The position numbers were made by a program, and so were the translations under genes. The notes beneath the pieces were generated by a model, which saw only the letters and a program-made list of their open reading frames with translations, did no database searches and was not told the DNA's origin. From NCBI GenBank assembly GCA_964490635.1, contig CAZBCK010000005.1:1-28662 (forward strand): a stretch of DNA of 28,662 bases, given 5' to 3'. Source of the stretch: an uncultured Candidatus Saccharibacteria bacterium. GTDB lineage: Bacteria > Patescibacteriota > Minisyncoccia > JAHIHE01 > JAGLIN01. Of this stretch, positions 17,466 to 24,777 are shown in pieces (the stretch's first letter is position 1; each line of letters opens with the position of its first letter).

Positions 17466-17493
17466 AGTTTAGCAAATCAAACGCTATTGTCAA
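17466..17493 (-). promoter_or_regulatory. sigma70 promoter pointing toward the small ORF
   Basis: TTGACA (17493-17488), 16 nt spacer, TGn-TAAACT (17471-17466). Confidence 0.6.
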
Positions 17494-17498
17494 ATAAG

Positions 17499-17507
17499 TT
17501 ATCCACA
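17499..17507 (+). promoter_or_regulatory. DnaA box
   Basis: Perfect TTATCCACA between two divergent promoters. Only one copy was seen. Confidence 0.5.
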
Positions 17508-17537
17508 AGGCAGAAATGCATTGCAATAATCCTTTGT

Positions 17538-17565
17538 TTTACAGCAAGATTAACTATGTTATAAT
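17538..17565 (+). promoter_or_regulatory. sigma70 promoter of the TsaB-like gene
   Basis: TTTACA (17538-17543), 16 nt spacer, TGn-TATAAT (17560-17565). Confidence 0.65.
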
Positions 17566-17599
17566 AGAATATAAGAAAAGTGAAATAAATAAAGTCATT

Positions 17600-17878
17600 A
17601 TGAAAAAGTACTTGCTAAATATTAAAATAATAAATAATAAAGTGACTTTATTTATATCAGGTAGCAATAAAAAAACAGAAGTGGGGTTTAAAGAACTGGA
17701 ATGGAACGACCAAAGAGATTTATCCGAAAAACTGCTAGGGAATATTGATTCATTGTTGAGAAAAAATAATCTTGCCATAAGCGATATTTCAAAGATTAAT
17801 TTCAGTAGCAAGAAATGCGGGTTTATGACGGAACAAATCGGCAAAATCACAGTAAATGTTTTGAATTTTAAGATTTAA
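17600..17878 (+). CDS. miniature TsaB/YeaZ-like protein (N-terminal lobe only)
   Basis: 92 aa from ATG 17600, chosen because it lies downstream of the promoter. LSEKLLGNIDSLLRKNNLAISDISKI...GFMTEQIGKITVNVLNF parallels the TsaB pattern HSE.LL..ID.LL......DL..I...GSFTGLRIG...A..LAF. Confidence 0.6.
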   Translation: MKKYLLNIKIINNKVTLFISGSNKKTEVGFKELEWNDQRDLSEKLLGNIDSLLRKNNLAISDISKINFSSKKCGFMTEQIGKITVNVLNFKI

Positions 17879-17887
17879 AAATTACAA

Positions 17888-18271
17888 ATGCAAAATAGTA
17901 AAAATAAGTACAAGTTGAACATTACCCTTTTATTTCTTTTTATTTCAGCAATTACCATTGCTTCACATTCTTTCAATTTAGGTTTAGCCAGTTGGATCGA
18001 TATCCCGAATCATTTTGTTGGCGGAATGGTTGTTGCCGCGTTTTTGCCGAAGGAAACATTCAAAAAGAAAGCTCTCCTTTCAATATTAATAATCGCCATA
18101 ATAGGAATTGGCTGGGAATTCGTGGAAATCGCTATGGCGAAAAAAGAGATTTTTTTAAATTTATTTCAGGAGACAATGACCGATAAAACAGGCGATTTGA
18201 TTGTTGGTCTGGCAGGACTTGTTTTCGCTTACGGCAGAACAGACATAAAAGATAAATTAAACTTTTATTAA
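17888..18271 (+). CDS. small integral membrane protein, DUF2238/VanZ-like
   Basis: 127 aa, 4 TM. Motifs D..NHFVGG, GWEFVE, ETMTDKTGD. Confidence 0.7.
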   Translation: MQNSKNKYKLNITLLFLFISAITIASHSFNLGLASWIDIPNHFVGGMVVAAFLPKETFKKKALLSILIIAIIGIGWEFVEIAMAKKEIFLNLFQETMTDKTGDLIVGLAGLVFAYGRTDIKDKLNFY

Positions 18272-18288
18272 CTTTGTGTTTCTTAATC

Positions 18289-18464
18289 TGTCATTCCAGG
18301 CTTGTTCCGGAATCTATCCTCTGCCGCGTTAAGCGAGGATATAAAATACCAAATGCTTTATTAGGTTGAAAACACGATAGTTGTAATATTATACTTGGCG
18401 TTGTTGCGAATGGAATAGATTGTACCTAATAAAATGAAGATTCCGGAACAAGTCCGGAATGACA
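18289..18464. repeat. REP/MITE-like inverted doublet (TGTCATTCCGGACTTGTTCCGGAATCT)
   Basis: 27-nt arms at 18289-18315 and 18438-18464 match 25/27 as inverted repeats. Confidence 0.9.
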
Positions 18465-18485
18465 AGATTACTTTTTTAGAGTTTT

Positions 18486-18521
18486 AAAACACCTGACATT
18501 TATATAAATGTCAGGTGTTTT
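18486..18521. repeat. perfect 36-bp palindrome, probably also a bidirectional terminator
   Basis: AAAACACCTGACATTTAT|ATAAATGTCAGGTGTTTT with no spacer, between convergent genes. Confidence 0.9.
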
Positions 18522-18536
18522 TTATAATACTGAAAA

Positions 18537-20897
18537 CTATTTTTCAATAGCATCAATTCTCGGAAATGGCATTGGGATCGGCATTGGTTCAGGATCTCCC
18601 CATATTGGCGATTTCGGTTTTTCCGCACTATTTAAGATCAGACTGTTTATATTTTCCAAATTGTCCGATTTGTTCATCTTTAAATATTTTCCGGAAAGCG
18701 TGTATAAAACATCTTTTATAAAGAGAGATCTTTTAACACTGCTTAATCCTCCATATCCACCCCAATAATTATCTTCGTTATTACCGTCTAAATGATCAAT
18801 CGTTCCTTGCAATTTAAATCCTTTTTTGTCTATATAAAAAACCGCGACGCCTTTAAAATATCTGTTGGGATTTGGAGTTATCGCTTCTTCCTCTTCAACG
18901 ATATCTTTGCCGGCACTATCCCGTATTATTAATTCTTCATAACTCACTGGGATTACCAATAAATTTTTCTCTTTGGAGAACAAGAACGCTTTATGATCAT
19001 ATAACGCAATTGAATCGCTTCTCTTGCCTCCCGAGATATAAGTGTCTATCTCTTTCGGGTCGCTAATATTGGAAACATCAAAAAGGGACAATTTCAATTT
19101 TGCGTTCCAGTCGCCGGAATCTTTACCGAGTCCGATCAAAGTCGTCTCGTCGTAAGGGTGCAAATAGCTGGAATAACCCGGAATTTTTAATTCACCAAGA
19201 ACTTTCGGATTTGTCGGGCTACTCAGATCAATTACAAACAACGGGTCAACTTGCTTAAATGTTACCAGATACGCCCTGTTTTGCATAAATCTGACAGAGT
19301 AAATTCTTTCACCTTTCGCCAGCTTTTCAACTTTTCCGACAACTTTCATTTTTTCATTAAGCACATAAAGATTGCTATAAGATTCTCGTTCTGATTCCGA
19401 CTGATCATCAAAGCTTGACCAGCTCCTGCTCTTCGTTGTTGCGATTCGGAAATAGCCTTCATCTTCATCCATTGAAAACTGATTTAGAATAACTCCGGGA
19501 ACTTCGCCCGTTGCTTTGTATCTTAAAATTCCGTCATCAATGGCAATTTTATGAATAATCGTTTTTTCCAAATCCTTGGAAATATCTTTATATTTTTGCT
19601 TTGCTTTTTCTTTCATTTCTTCTTCCAATTGTTCTTGTTCGTCTTCAGTCAATGATTCGCCATATGCTTCCATAATCATTTCTATCTTCATTATTTTTTC
19701 CTGTGGCGACAAAATATAGTTTTCCGCTTTCTCAATCTCTTTTATTCTTTCTCTGTTTCTCTCGCTCAATTTTGGCAAAATAATTTCTTTTACAATGCCC
19801 ATCATCAACTCTTCTTCACTAACACGCTTTACGAATGTAATGTAAATATTATCCCTGGAAACAAACATATTGTTCTGACTGCTGTCCAGCAAGTAGATGT
19901 CATTACCAATTTTTTTGTTTGCATTGGAAATATCAATTGTCGAAACAGTCATAAAATTATAGGAGTAATATGGAATATCAAAATAATAAATATTTGGGAA
20001 AGCGCGTCCCGTGCTGTTTTTACCTCCGCTGATGATTTTGCCGTTTTCAAGAATAATCGGAATTGGCGACTCGTCATCATCATAATAAGAATAGCAGCCA
20101 GAGTTTGAAGTAACAAAATAAATATAGTTTCCAATCATTCTTGAATTAGTATAACCGCCTTCAAAATCAACACTCCTTTCTTCTTTCGGATTACTTTTGT
20201 CGCTAATATCATAAACTTTGAAAAAAGTAAATTGACCGCTCTTTTTCCTCGGTAATATGTCTTTATAATTTTCATAAATATCATAACCCTGCCCATAAAC
20301 CGCCAATTTATTTCCGCTTAAATATATTCCGTTTGGATTTGAATCAAATTTAATTCTCGTTATTATCTCAGAATCGTCCGCGGGATACGCCTTGGCAATT
20401 ACAACATCGTTTCCCGAAATAGCGTAAACATATTTGCCGTCCGTTTTAATAATGTCTCCCTCGTCAACTCCCGCAACTTGGACATTAGTCGTTGAATAGT
20501 CATCGCCGCCACCCTTTCCATCCAGAGTTGGAGCTCCCGAAGAAACTTCAGCCGCCGCTCCCCACGCCTCTATTCCGAAACTGTCAGAAATCGCCTCTTT
20601 TCTTGTGATCCCGTTCAATGCTTGATCATACATACTATGCATACCAGAAGCGTTGGTCGCGCTTTCAGCTAAAAACTCTTTCAACTCACTATAATTACTG
20701 AACTCTTTCATCTTCGCCTCACCTGAATATCCACCGAGTCCGGGAAAATTAATTCTATCCCCATACTTCTCGCTAATTCTGGGAATCAGCGCCAGACTTC
20801 CGAGAACAACAATGGCAAGAAGAAGTATGGAAACAAGTAAAAGGGATATGGCACTCCCATCATCAAATTTGTTTGTTTTATTTTGTTTATTTTTCAT
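18537..20897 (-). CDS. membrane-anchored secreted beta-propeller protein (COG4880/Beta_propel-like)
   Basis: 786 aa. N-terminal TM, DYSTTNVQVAGVDEGDIIKTDGKYVY, VILNQFSMDE...FRIATT, GERIYSVRF...LVTFKQVDPLFVIDLS...GELKIPGYSSYLHP. Confidence 0.9.
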   Translation of the reverse strand: MKNKQNKTNKFDDGSAISLLLVSILLLAIVVLGSLALIPRISEKYGDRINFPGLGGYSGEAKMKEFSNYSELKEFLAESATNASGMHSMYDQALNGITRKEAISDSFGIEAWGAAAEVSSGAPTLDGKGGGDDYSTTNVQVAGVDEGDIIKTDGKYVYAISGNDVVIAKAYPADDSEIITRIKFDSNPNGIYLSGNKLAVYGQGYDIYENYKDILPRKKSGQFTFFKVYDISDKSNPKEERSVDFEGGYTNSRMIGNYIYFVTSNSGCYSYYDDDESPIPIILENGKIISGGKNSTGRAFPNIYYFDIPYYSYNFMTVSTIDISNANKKIGNDIYLLDSSQNNMFVSRDNIYITFVKRVSEEELMMGIVKEIILPKLSERNRERIKEIEKAENYILSPQEKIMKIEMIMEAYGESLTEDEQEQLEEEMKEKAKQKYKDISKDLEKTIIHKIAIDDGILRYKATGEVPGVILNQFSMDEDEGYFRIATTKSRSWSSFDDQSESERESYSNLYVLNEKMKVVGKVEKLAKGERIYSVRFMQNRAYLVTFKQVDPLFVIDLSSPTNPKVLGELKIPGYSSYLHPYDETTLIGLGKDSGDWNAKLKLSLFDVSNISDPKEIDTYISGGKRSDSIALYDHKAFLFSKEKNLLVIPVSYEELIIRDSAGKDIVEEEEAITPNPNRYFKGVAVFYIDKKGFKLQGTIDHLDGNNEDNYWGGYGGLSSVKRSLFIKDVLYTLSGKYLKMNKSDNLENINSLILNSAEKPKSPIWGDPEPMPIPMPFPRIDAIEK

Positions 20898-20931
20898 AAT
20901 ACTATAAATTAATAAATTATATTATTTCGCT

Positions 20932-21116
20932 GGAGTCCTTGCGTTGAACTAAATTCAGCATAAACTTCGCAAGGGTGAAATATCGCAAAGTATTATTTAG
21001 ACTCTGCTGATTTTCTTATAACTCTTCTCTTGAAAGAGGAACAATTGGTAAAATCAGCAATTCCTATCTATGAAAAGTTTATTAATATTTCACTGCCTGA
21101 CTTTCGTCAGGACTCC
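20932..21116. other. symmetric multi-stem intergenic element (REP doublet or ncRNA candidate)
   Basis: GGAGTCC/GGACTCC, GTGAAATAT/ATATTTCAC and TGCTGATTTT/AAAATCAGCA nested pairings, plus two side hairpins. Confidence 0.6.
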
Positions 21117-21132
21117 GACAGTATTTAACAAT

Positions 21133-21951
21133 TTATTTCAAATACTCTTTCAACGCTTCCTCCCATTTTCTCATCGGAGAAAGTTTTGCGTTAATCAGCA
21201 TAGAATAAGTCGGTCTTTTTGCCGGTGTTGGAAATTCTTCGGATTTTACGGGTTTTATATTTGGTTTTAAATCAACCAGTTCAAAAATCTTCAAAGCGAA
21301 TTCATACCAATTGCAAACGCCTGAGTTTGTAATATGGTAAATTCCAGACAATTGATGCGATTCAACCAGCTCCTTTACTTTTTCCGCCAGATCTTTCGCG
21401 TAAGTCGGGCTTCCAAATTGATCATTGACAATTTTTATATTTTTACCTTCATTCGCAAGCCGAAGCATTGTTTCCACAAAATTTTTCCCGTGTTTCCCAA
21501 AAAGCCATGAAGTTCTGATTAAATAATATCTTGGCTCAATATTTAAGATCAACTTTTCGCCAAGCGCTTTTGACTCGCCATACATATTTAGCGGCTGATA
21601 GGAATGGTTTTCTTTGTAGCCAAGATGATTCTTCCCATCAAAAACATAGTCAGTGCTAAAGTGAATAAGAATCGCATTAATCTCTTTGCAAACCGTCGCC
21701 AAGAATCCAACCGCATAACCGTTCACTTGATACGCCAAATCCTTATTTGACTCCGCGTCGTCAACGGCGGTATACGCTGCGGCATTGATCACCATATCCG
21801 GCTTTAACTCACCAATTTTTTTGGCAACTTCTTCTTTTTTGGAAATGTCAATTTGATTTCTGCCCCACAAAACAAGCTCGTTGTCTTTTTTGAAAACATC
21901 CACAAGTTCATGACCCAACATTCCTTTGTATCCGAGTATTAAAATTTTCAT
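21133..21951 (-). CDS. rfbD: dTDP-4-dehydrorhamnose reductase
   Basis: 272 aa. GYKGMLG, INAAAYTAVDDAE, IHFSTDYVFDG, YGESK (YxxxK), RTSWLFG, DQFGSPT, PAKRP. Confidence 0.95.
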   Translation of the reverse strand: MKILILGYKGMLGHELVDVFKKDNELVLWGRNQIDISKKEEVAKKIGELKPDMVINAAAYTAVDDAESNKDLAYQVNGYAVGFLATVCKEINAILIHFSTDYVFDGKNHLGYKENHSYQPLNMYGESKALGEKLILNIEPRYYLIRTSWLFGKHGKNFVETMLRLANEGKNIKIVNDQFGSPTYAKDLAEKVKELVESHQLSGIYHITNSGVCNWYEFALKIFELVDLKPNIKPVKSEEFPTPAKRPTYSMLINAKLSPMRKWEEALKEYLK

Positions 21952-22071
21952 AATGCGTTTAGATTATATCCAACAGCAATATATCTCTTTACAACAAACA
22001 GATGCAAAGTATGATACATTCTTCTGCCCGACTTTAGTAGAAAATAAATATTCAAATTCCTCAATAATATT

Positions 22072-23508
22072 TTACACCGAAATACTTTCTACCACCATTA
22101 TTATTATATAAGAAATCAAAATTATCGCGAGACCAATTACCGTATAAGTGACAACCTTCTTTGCTTTGGTTTGTCCGTCAGGATTTGAACCGGAAACCAT
22201 ATAATATACCCCGCCAAGAATAAGAACAAAAAGCGCCAACCCACCGGCTATTGTCAAAAGAAACTCAGCCCCTTCGGTAAACACTAAATCAATATCTTTA
22301 TCATATTTAAAATAATTACCATGATCAGTACTATGTCCCATACTAGGTACGCCTCCGCCAAGAGGCATACAGGCATTTAAAACACCATCCCATAGAAAAC
22401 CGCTATCGCACTCATAACAATCAGTTCCATCGCAACAATCTGTGCCTATTATTTTAGTAGCGTTTGCCAAAGATAAAAAACAGAGTCCGGTGGGACAAAA
22501 ATAAGTGCAGCCGCCCGCGCATGCTCCCGTGCAACATACTCCAAATCCATTATGGTTTATTATTTGAGACGATCCCGTAGCAACATCACAACTTCCTGCA
22601 AGTCCACAATTTGTACCGCCAAAATCTGCTACGCAATTACAGTCAGGATCACCGCCAGTGGCAACACACCCTATTCCATTACAACAACCATCAGCACCGC
22701 AATTACAAGCTACCGCCCCCACGCAATTTCCAGTAACAGGATCAATAATATTAGGATCTATGCAACAATGCCCGTTTACATCGCAAGCATCAACTCCTCC
22801 TCTACAATTAACTCCCGTAAACTCACATGCCAAACCGTTTGTACAACTAGTTCCTACACCTGCTACAGGACCTGCTATTTCATCACAGGCGGTATCTGTC
22901 GTCCCGCAGGCGGATTCAAGCTGACCATCACCATTTCCACTGCAATTTCCAGCATTATTAAGAAATATATTTGCTGCGTTTCCACAATTGCCATTTGCCA
23001 CTCTTTCAAATACTCCGGAACATTTAATACATTTGTCTTCGCTCGCGTCCCAAAATCCCGAATTGAAAAAAACTTCATTCATATCAACCGGATTTATTTT
23101 TCTTACGGTACAAATTCCTCCGTCAAACAATGCGGACGAAAGACCAACTGGACACCTGTCGTGATAACAGACCAATCTATCCGTTGCAGAAGCACTATCA
23201 GCGCAAGATGTTACCGGACCAATAAGATCATATTCAAACTCTGAAAACAATTCATTCATTATTGGTGAATTTATTGATTCTACCGTGCAAGTTCCAGTTC
23301 TACCGCTACAAGCCATACAGCATTCAAAACTTGAAAAGCAATCGGGAGTCATTGCTCCGTCAGTATAACATTCCAGCTCCGTGCTAGGCGTCATACATGG
23401 CGTAGGTATGGTTTTATTCCAAATTCCGGCTTGAGCGGTAAAACCCACAGAAAGAACGAATGAAAAAACAATCCCTGCTATTGATAGAATGCTATTTTTT
23501 GTTTTCAT
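22072..23508 (-). CDS. Cys-rich surface protein with a C-terminal VirB2/TrbC-like pilin module
   Basis: 478 aa. Signal peptide ending AQA, ~345 aa with about 44 Cys (hand count), then TM-(GGVYYMVSGSNPDGQTKAKK)-TM. Confidence 0.8.
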   Translation of the reverse strand: MKTKNSILSIAGIVFSFVLSVGFTAQAGIWNKTIPTPCMTPSTELECYTDGAMTPDCFSSFECCMACSGRTGTCTVESINSPIMNELFSEFEYDLIGPVTSCADSASATDRLVCYHDRCPVGLSSALFDGGICTVRKINPVDMNEVFFNSGFWDASEDKCIKCSGVFERVANGNCGNAANIFLNNAGNCSGNGDGQLESACGTTDTACDEIAGPVAGVGTSCTNGLACEFTGVNCRGGVDACDVNGHCCIDPNIIDPVTGNCVGAVACNCGADGCCNGIGCVATGGDPDCNCVADFGGTNCGLAGSCDVATGSSQIINHNGFGVCCTGACAGGCTYFCPTGLCFLSLANATKIIGTDCCDGTDCYECDSGFLWDGVLNACMPLGGGVPSMGHSTDHGNYFKYDKDIDLVFTEGAEFLLTIAGGLALFVLILGGVYYMVSGSNPDGQTKAKKVVTYTVIGLAIILISYIIIMVVESISV

Positions 23509-23630
23509 AAAAATAAATAAATATTACTTGTACAACAAAATCAAAATTTTCACGGCTGGACAAAAGTTTGACTAACTATCGTAAGTACGATATAAAAAAC
23601 CAAATACCACCTACATATCATCCTTGCGCG

Positions 23631-24704
23631 CTATTTTGTTTTATCGCGATAAACACTATTGTTTTTCTTTTCCCTTTTATAAATAATGAGTGCTGCTATT
23701 CCCGCAACTATCAAAGCTGCTATCACAAGAGCGTATATAAAAAATTTATTTTCCACCTTAGGCGAACAATCCTGCGGACAGTTCTGTTCATTCTCTCCTC
23801 CTTCACATTTACCGTCAACATTGCAAATTGAAACCGGAGGAATTTCCGCCGTTTTTTCAATATAGGAAAATTCTTTTTCTAATCTTGATTTCAAACCACC
23901 TTCTTCCAAAAAATTTACCCAGAGAGAGAAAGTGCCAACTTTGCTCGACTGAAAAGTGGCAAGATTATTTTCAAAAACTAAATATTTAATTTCACCGTCA
24001 GGATTCTTGATAGTTGACGAAATATCCAAATCAGCAGGAATAAAGTTTAGTTTAAGATAAATTAATTCGTCTTTATTAAATACTTTGTTTCTTTGAGAAC
24101 AGTTTTTATCCGCGCAAATGTCAACATCTGCCATAATAAGTTTTCCAACGCAATCAAAATCCGTTTCAGGGACACAATCAGGATCGCACAAACCATCTTC
24201 CATTCCATCGCAGTATTTATCAAAAGAGCCTGATGGACAATCTTCGGGACAAGTTTTATAATTTTCTCCCAAAACACATTTGCCGTTCCCGCAAATACCT
24301 CCTTTAAAATCCAACTCCATTAATTTTGCAACTTCAATTTCTTCTCCCTTTTCCAAAACGCAGACAGCGCACTCCGAAGAAAATGGGACAGCGGAACATT
24401 TCTCGGGATTATTTATGGTTTTTAATTCATATCCTTCTTTTTCACAGTAACCATATTCCTCGCCGCATTTGCCTGCTAAAAATTCTTGAGCCGGGCAACT
24501 TTCTGTTTCAGAAAACTTGCAAATACCCATCTGCCCCGCCTCGTTCTCCTTTATAATGTATTCATAACCCATTTCCTTGCAATAAACCGCGGAAGGATTT
24601 TTCAAAGCAAGCGCGGAAGACAAAGAAAAGGACATTACTATTGCAAAAATTACAACTCCCCATCCCATCTTTTTGCATATATTATTATTTTTTATTATTG
24701 TCAT
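23631..24704 (-). CDS. membrane-anchored Cys-rich protein with a DUF333-like domain and C.G.GEN..CP.DC repeats
   Basis: Start moved to ATG 24704 (or 24668) because the track start overlaps the upstream gene. NPSAVYCKEMGY...GICKF, CGNGKCVLGENYKTCPEDC, CNVDGKCEGGENEQNCPQDC, C-terminal TM with a basic tail. Confidence 0.8.
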   Translation of the reverse strand: MTIIKNNNICKKMGWGVVIFAIVMSFSLSSALALKNPSAVYCKEMGYEYIIKENEAGQMGICKFSETESCPAQEFLAGKCGEEYGYCEKEGYELKTINNPEKCSAVPFSSECAVCVLEKGEEIEVAKLMELDFKGGICGNGKCVLGENYKTCPEDCPSGSFDKYCDGMEDGLCDPDCVPETDFDCVGKLIMADVDICADKNCSQRNKVFNKDELIYLKLNFIPADLDISSTIKNPDGEIKYLVFENNLATFQSSKVGTFSLWVNFLEEGGLKSRLEKEFSYIEKTAEIPPVSICNVDGKCEGGENEQNCPQDCSPKVENKFFIYALVIAALIVAGIAALIIYKREKKNNSVYRDKTK

Positions 24705-24777
24705 ATTATTGTGTTTAACATTCTTACGCTTTATTATTATTTTAAGCAAAGCGGAAAATATAGTTACTTCTAAAATA

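Noticed and set aside
17499-17507. Replication origin
   Set aside because: Only one DnaA box, with no box cluster and no dnaA/dnaN nearby.
17516-17599. Track start of the TsaB-like ORF at 17516
   Set aside because: It lies upstream of the gene's own -35/-10 boxes.
21096-21111. Hammerhead ribozyme (CTGACGAAAG on the minus strand)
   Set aside because: CTGAC and GAAA are the arm and loop of one small hairpin. The CUGANGA core and three-stem arrangement are absent.
22552-23244. 230-aa and 88-aa plus-strand ORFs and a 67-aa minus-strand ORF inside the Cys-rich pilin gene
   Set aside because: Shadow frames of a Gly/Cys/Thr-rich gene, with no motifs or start signals.
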